From NCBI RefSeq assembly GCF_003334255.1, contig NZ_QOWU01000106.1: 4,925 nt of DNA, one strand, 5' to 3'. The notes under the pieces are model-generated. The model was not told where the DNA came from. It did not search any database and saw only the letters and a list, made by a program, of their open reading frames with translations. This DNA is from Escherichia coli. GTDB lineage: Bacteria > Pseudomonadota > Gammaproteobacteria > Enterobacterales > Enterobacteriaceae. Below are positions 1-4,925 of the stretch, piece after piece. Numbering within the stretch: position 1 is the first letter of the stretch; each line of letters begins with the position of its first letter. The translations under genes and the position numbers were made by a program.

Positions 1-244
1 CCGGATGCCGCCAGGCAGCCGGGAGCCGAAGGTGCGCCCGGCAGACAGGACAACACTGCAGTAGTCAGAATCAGAGCAGGAAGAAAAAGAGAATAATCAC
101 AGGGAAGGTGATGTGATTTCTGACAGGCCATAACCAGAGAAGGCGGGGGAAAAGAACGGGCGCCGCAGGCGCGCGTTCATCCCCGTTCCTGAAGGGAAAC
201 GACCTTCCTGAAGTCAGGTTGTTCATGCCCGTACAACATCAGCA

Positions 245-280
245 AGGAGAAAGGGGCTACCGGCGAACCAGCAGCCCCTT
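245..280 (-). terminator. Second hairpin downstream of hok (8-bp stem, 14-nt loop) followed by a U/C-rich tract; candidate 3'-terminal structure of full-length hok mRNA
   Basis: Plus-strand aaggggct (251-258) and agcccctt (273-280) are perfect reverse complements. On the minus strand the hairpin is followed by UCUCCUUGCU. Confidence 0.3.
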
Positions 281-316
281 TATAAAGGCGCTTCAGTAGT
301 CAGACCAGCATCAGTC

Positions 317-341
317 CTGAAAAGGCGGGCCTGCGCCCGCC
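317..341 (-). terminator. GC-rich hairpin plus U-tract about 10 nt downstream of the hok stop; hok mRNA 3' structural element or terminator
   Basis: Minus-strand stem GGCGGGC/GCCCGCC (plus coordinates 324-330 pairing with 335-341, 4-nt loop) followed on the minus strand by UUUU (complement of 320-323). Confidence 0.4.
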
Positions 342-350
342 TCCAGGTTG

Positions 351-509
351 CTACTTACCGGATTCGTAAGCCATGAAAGCCGCCACCTCCCTGTGTCCGT
401 CTCTGTAACGAATCTCGCACAGCGATTTTCGTGTCAGATAAGTGAATATCAACAGTGTGAGACACACGATCAACACACACCAGACAAGGGAACTTCGTGG
501 TAGTTTCAT
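351..509 (-). CDS. hok: Hok toxin (type I toxin-antitoxin, small membrane-depolarising peptide, 52 aa)
   Basis: Manual translation of the minus strand from ATG (complement of 507-509) to TAG (complement of 351-353) gives [52 protein letters not shown]. From memory this matches Hok of plasmid R1 / FlmA of F essentially residue for residue. It has a hydrophobic N-terminal transmembrane segment, lies wholly inside the overlapping mok frame, and sits immediately downstream of psiA as in IncF plasmids. Confidence 0.92.
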   Translation of the reverse strand: MKLPRSSLVWCVLIVCLTLLIFTYLTRKSLCEIRYRDGHREVAAFMAYESGK

Positions 510-567
510 GGCCTTCTTCTCCTTGCGCAAAGCGCGGTAAGAGGCTATCCTGATGTGGACTAGACAT
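355..567 (-). CDS. mok: Mok (modulation of killing) leader ORF overlapping hok; its translation is coupled to hok translation
   Basis: 70-aa ORF in the track that overlaps the hok CDS in a different frame, the defining arrangement of hok/sok-family loci. ATG at complement of 565-567 with GAGG about 8 nt upstream on the minus strand. Mok has no known independent function. Confidence 0.7.
   Translation of the reverse strand: MSSPHQDSLLPRFAQGEEGHETTTKFPCLVCVDRVSHTVDIHLSDTKIAVRDSLQRRTQGGGGFHGLRIR
523..551 (+). promoter_or_regulatory. Candidate sok promoter (-35 TTGCGC, -10 TATCCT, 17-bp spacer), located inside the hok/mok coding region
   Basis: Hexamers read directly from the plus strand; the position gives a transcript of Sok-like length ending at the hairpin/U-tract near 612-623. 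Match to the sigma-70 consensus is moderate (4/6 and 4/6). Confidence 0.4.
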
Positions 568-623
568 AGGGATGCCTCGTGGTGGTTAATGAAAATTAAC
601 TTACTACGGGGCTATCTTCTTTC
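558..623 (+). ncRNA. sok: Sok antisense RNA (about 65 nt), antitoxin of hok; boundaries approximate
   Basis: Plus-strand transcript predicted from a candidate promoter (TTGCGC 523-528, 17-bp spacer, TATCCT 546-551). It is antisense to the mok SD/start region (mok ATG at 565-567). It ends in a long imperfect hairpin (about 574-612, apical stem GUUAAU-GAAA-AUUAAC at 585-600) followed by a U-rich tract (613-623). Length and position match what is known of Sok; the exact 5' and 3' ends are not determined. Confidence 0.55.
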
Positions 624-685
624 TGCCACACAACACGGCAACAAACCACCTTCACGTCATGAGGCAGAAAGCCTCAAGCGCCGGG

Positions 686-720
686 CACATCATAGCCCAT
701 ATACCTGCACGCTGACCACA
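686..720 (-). promoter_or_regulatory. Candidate hok/mok mRNA promoter (minus strand: -10 TATGAT at complement of 689-694, weak -35 TGGTCA/GGTCAG around 712-718)
   Basis: Best sigma-70-like -10 on the minus strand between the psiA stop (789) and the mok start (567). A start near 682 would give a full-length mRNA of about 400 nt if the 3' end is near 285. The -35 is weak, which fits a weak constitutive hok promoter, but the assignment is uncertain. Confidence 0.25.
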
Positions 721-788
721 CTCACTTTCCCTGAAAATAATCCGCTCATTCAGACCGTTCACGGGAAATCCGTGTGATTGTTGCCGCA

Positions 789-1508
789 TCACGCTGCCTC
801 CCGGAGTTTGTTCGGCACCATCCACCGCTCCATCTCACGGACAGCGTGACCGGCCTCTCTTGCTGCAAGACTGGCTTCCGCAATAACCTGCCAGAACGGC
901 ATATCCTGCCACTGCCAGCGTTCCATTCCGGCCAGTGACGGAAAACGCTCGCCCCACTGCCAGAACAGGGTTTCCAGGTCATGCTCTGCCACCCGGTCAC
1001 TCCAGCGTGCATGCCAGCTTCCGACTGTTTCCGGCGAATGGAATGCCAGTTCGATTTCAGCCTGAGCGACCAGCGCCTGGTACGCACGGGCTTTCTGCTC
1101 TGCCTCCCTCGCCTGCTGGCGGCTGTACTTCTGCATGACCAGCGCGGATTTATGGCGACTGCGTTCCCTGACACGAAACCGCACCGACGGGAACAAGCGC
1201 TCTGCTGCATCACCGGGAAGGGGAAGGAGGCAGACCTCGCCCTGTGTTTCAATCAGCACATCGATGGCATACAGCCACTGAAGACGGTTGCCGTGCAGTT
1301 CTTCTGCGGTCAGGGACGGCATGAAAAATCGCAGGTCAGACAGCGATATCCTGCGGCTTCCGTTCAGACAGCGGAAAAACGCACCCGCATACGGATATTC
1401 AGCCAGCGTGTTACCCTGATGGCGGCGTTTTTCGGTCTCCGCCACCGCCCGCCATGCGGCCTGTTGCTCTGTGCTGAGAGGAACCAGTGCCTGTGAACGT
1501 GCGCTCAT
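789..1508 (-). CDS. psiA: PsiA, plasmid SOS inhibition protein A (239 aa)
   Basis: 239-aa ORF beginning [19 protein letters not shown], recognised as PsiA of IncF plasmids. ATG at complement of 1506-1508 is preceded on the minus strand by GGAAGGAGG with a 6-nt spacer. The start overlaps the psiB stop (ATGA). Stop TGA at complement of 789-791. Confidence 0.95.
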   Translation of the reverse strand: MSARSQALVPLSTEQQAAWRAVAETEKRRHQGNTLAEYPYAGAFFRCLNGSRRISLSDLRFFMPSLTAEELHGNRLQWLYAIDVLIETQGEVCLLPLPGDAAERLFPSVRFRVRERSRHKSALVMQKYSRQQAREAEQKARAYQALVAQAEIELAFHSPETVGSWHARWSDRVAEHDLETLFWQWGERFPSLAGMERWQWQDMPFWQVIAEASLAAREAGHAVREMERWMVPNKLREAA

Positions 1509-1939
1509 GCCTGACCTCCTTCCGCCATCAGGATATGAATGATGTCGTTAACGCTGTACCCCTGCGCATCCAGTGACGCCGCCAGTGCCAGTGAATGGCT
1601 GACAGCTTCCGGTGCAAACCGCCGCTGCACCTGAACCACCGCAAACGGCTCACCACCGGCATTCACCAGAACCAGCACCCAGACCTGAGAGACGTCTCCC
1701 GGCGAACATAATGCCAGGTGGAAACGTTCGTGGGCTGGCGTGAAACGAACCTGGACGGGGAAAAAGCCCCCGAACTCACTGCCATACTCGCCATTCATCA
1801 TCCAGTTAGCCGGTGCGTCCACTTCACGCATCACCTCGTGAGTGAGATTACGGCGCATATCGCTTCCCGCAGCACGGATATCTTCATATTCCTGTGCGTT
1901 CATGGACTGCAGGGCATTCAGGGTCAGTTCAGTTTTCAT
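1505..1939 (-). CDS. psiB: PsiB, plasmid SOS inhibition protein B (144 aa); binds RecA and limits SOS induction in the recipient during conjugation
   Basis: ORF translating [32 protein letters not shown]..., recognised as PsiB. The track ORF begins one codon earlier at a GTG (complement of 1940-1942); I call the ATG at complement of 1937-1939, which has AAGGGAGA 7 nt upstream on the minus strand. Confidence 0.95.
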   Translation of the reverse strand: MKTELTLNALQSMNAQEYEDIRAAGSDMRRNLTHEVMREVDAPANWMMNGEYGSEFGGFFPVQVRFTPAHERFHLALCSPGDVSQVWVLVLVNAGGEPFAVVQVQRRFAPEAVSHSLALAASLDAQGYSVNDIIHILMAEGGQA

Positions 1940-1958
1940 CACGGTATCTCCCTTGCTG

Positions 1959-1981
1959 CCGCCCCGTCTCCGGCGGGGCGG
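1959..1981. other. Intercistronic GC-rich hairpin between the ParB-like gene and psiB (stem ccgccccg/cggggcgg, 7-nt loop)
   Basis: Perfect 8-bp inverted repeat 1959-1966 / 1974-1981. It lies between the ParB-like stop (1994-1996) and the psiB SD/start (1939). Confidence 0.45.
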
Positions 1982-1993
1982 TGTGGTTGTTCA

Positions 1994-3952
1994 TCAGGCG
2001 GCATCAGCCAGGTTATCGGTGCGTTCAGTGGCATCTGTCTGTGGATGTGGTGCACACATCCAGCCTGGAACCCAGCGGTTGTCTTTCATATGGTGCTCTG
2101 CATGTTCAGCCGCATCACCTTTCTTCATCTTCTCCGCGTCCCGTGCGGCACCGGACAGTCCGGCCTCATTCAGGGCTGCGATAATCTGCGGCTTTTTCAG
2201 GTGTCCGAAGAAGTTTGCTTTTGTCGGCTGCCACCAGTCGCGCATGTGGAATCCGATAGCGCTTTCCAGCGAGTCAAGCGGACTGCGTGACGTGTGACCA
2301 CACTCACGGGTCTGGACACCGTTAAGGCTGCATGCGGTGCAGAAACTGAGCAGGGATAACAGCACCTCCTGACTGAGGGACAGGAATGTCGTCATGTCCC
2401 GTGACCATCCCTCCGGCAGCAGGGCTGCAAGACGGGATTTTTCTGCCATCAGCGCCATGAATGCGGCACCTTCCTTCCCCGATGGCGCATCGCTGGTCAG
2501 CGAATAATGTTCACATTCCAGGCTGATTTGTGCTGGTTTACTGTACGCCCCGCTGCCAAACACATTCAGGCAGAGCGTCCATGCCAGCAGTGCCAGAGAT
2601 TTGTCCGGCTGCTGCATGAGTGCCGCCTGGACTGCCAGCGTGCGCTCTGAGGACATTTTCGTCAGCAACGGCAGGCTGATTTCCTCCACTGACGCTTTCT
2701 CCTGCACCTGTTCCGTGCGGTCAGCGTCGTCAGTCGCGTCATCTTCACTGCGCAACTGCACACCACGCTGGACACATACGTTGCCATAACGCCAGGACAC
2801 CACCACACCGCTTCCGGCACGTATCTCCGGCGTCCACGCTCTGACCTTCGCCATGCAGCGCATCAGCTTCATTTCTGCTTCCAGCAGGTCGGATTCCTCA
2901 CACTGGTTTTCCAGCGCGTCGTAACGCGTCATCAGTTCGTTCAGGCGTTCGTCTTCCGCCTCCGTCAGCACCGCTTCCGGCTCCGGCAGACAGCGGTATG
3001 TTCCGGCATCCTCACGGCACTCACCGACAGGCTCCATGCGCCCGGCGCACCATTCCCAGCCTTCGGCTTCCCGAAGGTGTTCAGCGACAGCCTGGAGTTT
3101 TTCCAGCAGGGCGGCATCGAGCGCCACGCGGTCGACATAACCGTCCCCGTCATCGCTGAACAAATCGGTGCGCAGTTCGTCTGGCGAGAAGGCATCAGCC
3201 CCCACGAAGCGGAATTTACTGTTCCCAGCCACCGCCACTTCACTTTCGGTCACCAGACGACGAATGGTCTGTACTTCCGGTTTACCGCCCCATCCCGACT
3301 GACAGGCGGCTTCAAACACCTGCACCTGACGCGCGGTGTCGTTCTCCAGCGCCAGCGCCTGACAGTGTTCGGTGGTGATGCGGTCTTCTGCCAGCGCATC
3401 GAGGATGACAGGCGCAAGGTCAGCCAGTTTCAGCATTCGCTGAACGTGGCGGGGTGAATAGCCCAGCAAATCACCGATGTGTGCAGGTGTTTTGCCTTCC
3501 TGCGCCATTGCGCGGAATCCGGCAATCTGTTCGGCAGGGTGCATATCCCGACGATGACCGTTCTCGGTCATTGATGCGGCAGTCGCCAGCTCCTGCGGAA
3601 TAATTTTTACGCGGACAGGCCAGTCAGCCGGAATGATGTCACGCTCTGCCAGCATGTTGAGTGCTGCCAGTCGGCGACCACCTGCGGCGACACCGTAACG
3701 GTCACCTGGCAGGGCATGAACAACCAGATTCTGCAGCAGGCCGACTCCCTTAATGGAATCAGCCAGTTCACTGACGGACTCCGCAGAATACGGCACCGTG
3801 CGCACATTCAGCGGTGATTTAATCAGTGAATCCAGCGGCACGCTCACTTCCTCCGTCTGCGCCAGCAGGGCAGACAGTGCAGTTTCCTGCGTTTTTACAG
3901 ATTTACGGCTTGCTTTGCGGGTGGTTTCTGGTTCACACTTCGTTACAGGCAT
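1994..3952 (-). CDS. ParB/Srx N-terminal-domain protein (652 aa) with HTH and a long uncharacterised C-terminal region; leading-region ParB-like protein
   Basis: The N-terminal roughly 200 aa shows ParB N-domain hallmarks: box-I-like LIKSPLNVRT, arginine-rich box-II-like VAAGGRRLAALNMLAE, and a downstream HTH-like segment TPAHIGDLLGYSPRHVQRMLKLADL. The remaining roughly 430 aa has no motif I recognise (no DPPY/NPPY methyltransferase motif, no obvious nuclease motif). Start called at the second ATG (complement of 3950-3952), which has AAGGGG with a 6-nt spacer; the track's first ATG (3958) abuts the SD. Confidence 0.88.
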   Translation of the reverse strand: MPVTKCEPETTRKASRKSVKTQETALSALLAQTEEVSVPLDSLIKSPLNVRTVPYSAESVSELADSIKGVGLLQNLVVHALPGDRYGVAAGGRRLAALNMLAERDIIPADWPVRVKIIPQELATAASMTENGHRRDMHPAEQIAGFRAMAQEGKTPAHIGDLLGYSPRHVQRMLKLADLAPVILDALAEDRITTEHCQALALENDTARQVQVFEAACQSGWGGKPEVQTIRRLVTESEVAVAGNSKFRFVGADAFSPDELRTDLFSDDGDGYVDRVALDAALLEKLQAVAEHLREAEGWEWCAGRMEPVGECREDAGTYRCLPEPEAVLTEAEDERLNELMTRYDALENQCEESDLLEAEMKLMRCMAKVRAWTPEIRAGSGVVVSWRYGNVCVQRGVQLRSEDDATDDADRTEQVQEKASVEEISLPLLTKMSSERTLAVQAALMQQPDKSLALLAWTLCLNVFGSGAYSKPAQISLECEHYSLTSDAPSGKEGAAFMALMAEKSRLAALLPEGWSRDMTTFLSLSQEVLLSLLSFCTACSLNGVQTRECGHTSRSPLDSLESAIGFHMRDWWQPTKANFFGHLKKPQIIAALNEAGLSGAARDAEKMKKGDAAEHAEHHMKDNRWVPGWMCAPHPQTDATERTDNLADAA

Positions 3953-3981
3953 AATCATCCCCTTATAATTGCTTATGTCCT

Positions 3982-4003
3982 GCCGGACGTTCGCGCGTCC
4001 GGC
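3982..4003. other. Intercistronic GC-rich hairpin between the DUF905 gene and the ParB-like gene (stem gccggacg/cgtccggc, 6-nt loop)
   Basis: Perfect 8-bp inverted repeat 3982-3989 / 3996-4003. It lies between the DUF905 stop (4011) and the ParB-like SD/start (3952). Confidence 0.45.
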
Positions 4004-4010
4004 ACCTCTC

Positions 4011-4244
4011 TTACTTAAGAATCCCGAAATCCCTGATGTACCGGTTCATCCAGTACCCGGCACAGTCCTCAAAATTCCAGGAGCGCCAGATCAACGTGCC
4101 ATCCTGACGGACAACCAGGCGAAAATGCGTTCCCTGATCATCCTCGATAAAGACATTCCGGTACTGTGCGGCAACGGCTTCGGCCTGTTTGCGGGTAAAA
4201 GGACCGTCCGGCAGTCCCTGAAGTATTCTGAAATATTCGCTCAT
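4011..4244 (-). CDS. DUF905 family protein (YkfF-like), 77 aa, function unknown
   Basis: Translation [77 protein letters not shown] shares the GPFTRxQAxAV...EDDQGxHFRLVVR...WRxWNFE...NRYIR core with E. coli cryptic-prophage YkfF, as I recall it. The track ORF starts at a GTG (4271); I call the ATG at complement of 4242-4244, preceded by GGAGAG on the minus strand. Confidence 0.8.
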
Positions 4245-4262
4245 CCTCATCTCTCCGGTGAT

Positions 4263-4281
4263 GCCCCGCACTGGACGGGGC
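4263..4281. other. Intercistronic GC-rich hairpin between ssb and the DUF905 gene (stem gccccg/cggggc, 7-nt loop)
   Basis: Perfect 6-bp inverted repeat 4263-4268 / 4276-4281, read directly. It lies between the ssb stop (4300) and the DUF905 SD/start (4244) and is not followed by a U-tract in mRNA sense. Confidence 0.45.
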
Positions 4282-4299
4282 GGTTGTCACTGTCTTTCG

Positions 4300-4827
4300 T
4301 TAGAACGGAATGTCGTCATCGAAGTCATACGCGGGTTCAGACGGCTGCTGAGGCTCCGGCTGCGCGGCCTTACGTCCACGGCCTTTCGTTTTCGCGCCTC
4401 CTTTTTTCGGTTCCGGCTGTGATTCCGGCTGAGGCTGACCGCTGAACTGTTGCGCCTCTTCCGGCTGAGTCTGAGTACCTGCGGCACGTCCCAGCATCTG
4501 CATGGTGCCCGTGGTCTTAACAAGAATTTCGGTGACGTAACGGGTGATACCGTTATCCTCCCAGCTACGGGTGCGAAGCTGACCTTCGATGTAGACCTGC
4601 GCGCCCTTGCGCAGATACTCACCAGCCACTTCCGCGAGCTTGCCGAACAGCACCACGCGATGCCATTCTGTCTGCTCCCGTATCTCCCCCGTCTGTTTGT
4701 CGCGCCAGCTTTCTGACGTGGCCACCTGCAGGTTTGCCACTGCGCCCCCGTTTGGGATGTAACGGACTTCCGGATCTTTTCCCAGACGACCGACAAGAAT
4801 GACCTTGTTAATGCCACGAACTGCCAT
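4300..4827 (-). CDS. ssb: Plasmid-encoded single-stranded DNA-binding protein SSB (175 aa)
   Basis: Translation [48 protein letters not shown]... is a canonical OB-fold SSB N-terminus. The C-terminus has a Gly/Pro/Gln-rich linker and the acidic tip [11 protein letters not shown] at complement of 4825-4827 is preceded on the minus strand by AAGGAGA with a 7-nt spacer. The track's extra 13 N-terminal codons (to 4866) have no SD and are rejected. Stop TAA at complement of 4300-4302. Confidence 0.95.
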   Translation of the reverse strand: MAVRGINKVILVGRLGKDPEVRYIPNGGAVANLQVATSESWRDKQTGEIREQTEWHRVVLFGKLAEVAGEYLRKGAQVYIEGQLRTRSWEDNGITRYVTEILVKTTGTMQMLGRAAGTQTQPEEAQQFSGQPQPESQPEPKKGGAKTKGRGRKAAQPEPQQPSEPAYDFDDDIPF

Positions 4828-4925
4828 GATGTGTCTCCTTCTGTTGATGTTTTCAGCCCCCATCATCTGTTGAGTTTCGGGAGCCGCGGTTTTGACGTTT
4901 TGCGGGGACCTGCTCTTTGTTCCCT

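Noticed and set aside
760-774. 5-bp hairpin cacgg-gaaat-ccgtg between psiA and the hok promoter region, as a possible psiA terminator
   Set aside because: Stem too short and not followed by a U-tract in mRNA sense; insufficient as an intrinsic terminator call.
553-777. 74-aa plus-strand ORF over the Sok region
   Set aside because: Overlaps the predicted Sok RNA and the antisense of the hok leader; Sok is a non-coding antisense RNA, and this frame has no SD.
935-1138. 67-aa plus-strand ORF
   Set aside because: Antisense to psiA; no SD; Pro/Ala/Gly-rich off-frame artefact.
746-1252. 168-aa minus-strand ORF overlapping psiA in another frame
   Set aside because: Out-of-frame overlap with the well-supported psiA; Arg/Ser-rich composition typical of off-frame translation of GC-rich DNA.
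981-1496. 171-aa plus-strand ORF
   Set aside because: Lies entirely antisense to psiA, with no SD and no recognisable protein family; a typical shadow ORF in GC-rich coding sequence.
1718-2297. Overlapping plus-strand ORFs (190 aa, 151 aa, 96 aa at 1718..2290, 1842..2297, 1894..2184)
   Set aside because: Antisense to psiB and the 3' end of the ParB-like gene; mutually overlapping in different frames; no SD or family resemblance.
2601-3457. ORFs inside the ParB-like gene (2601..2789 +, 2965..3243 -, 3077..3457 +)
   Set aside because: All lie inside the 652-aa ParB-like CDS, antisense or out of frame; Cys/Ser/Arg-rich compositions consistent with spurious frames.
3607-3968. 66-aa minus-strand and 71-aa plus-strand ORFs near the ParB-like 5' end
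   Set aside because: Overlap the ParB-like N-terminal coding region in other frames or antisense; no translation signals.
4245-4271. GTG-initiated N-terminal extension of the DUF905 ORF (and similarly GTG at 1940-1942 for psiB and ATG at 3956-3958 for ParB-like)
   Set aside because: The track appears to allow alternative starts; in each case a downstream ATG has a better-placed SD and matches the expected protein N-terminus.
1959-4281. The intergenic GC hairpins read as plus-strand rho-independent terminators (they are followed by moderately T-rich sequence on the plus strand)
   Set aside because: No plus-strand genes exist to terminate, and the T-tracts are interrupted; they are reported instead as intercistronic structural elements of unknown role.
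3969-4445. 158-aa plus-strand ORF spanning the DUF905 gene, the intergenic gap and the ssb 3' end
   Set aside because: Antisense to two supported genes and crossing an intergenic hairpin; no SD; there is no other plus-strand protein gene in the window to support coding on this strand.
4287-4817. 176-aa minus-strand ORF (Arg/Ser/Lys-rich) and 88-aa plus-strand ORF (4450..4716)
   Set aside because: Out-of-frame or antisense overlaps of ssb; SSB is unambiguous in the third minus frame.
4828-4866. N-terminal extension of ssb ([13 protein letters not shown])
   Set aside because: No SD upstream of the upstream ATGs, whereas the internal ATG at 4825-4827 has a near-consensus SD and yields a canonical SSB N-terminus (MAVRGINKV...).
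1-4925. Checked for CRISPR repeats, tRNA/rRNA genes, and IS or transposon terminal inverted repeats
   Set aside because: No regularly spaced direct repeats, no tRNA-like cloverleaf candidates and no transposase-like ORF or terminal inverted repeats were seen.

Overview
The window reads as a segment of the leading region of an IncF-type conjugative plasmid (enterobacterial). All recognisable genes are on the minus strand: ssb (4300..4827), a 77-aa DUF905/YkfF-like protein (4011..4244), a 652-aa ParB-N-terminal-domain protein with a long uncharacterised C-terminal region (1994..3952), psiB (1505..1939), psiA (789..1508), and a complete hok/mok/sok type I toxin-antitoxin module (about 250..720). 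The five-gene block is tightly packed with strong Shine-Dalgarno sequences, and each intergenic gap carries a GC-rich hairpin just upstream of the next ribosome-binding site. The hok CDS (52 aa) is absent from the ORF track because it is short; I found it by manual translation. The least understood parts are the large ParB-like protein, the DUF905 protein and the recurring intercistronic hairpins; the rest is well-described plasmid biology. No tRNA, rRNA, CRISPR array or insertion-sequence ends were seen. All calls rest on reading the sequence and recalled family knowledge; no database search was run.
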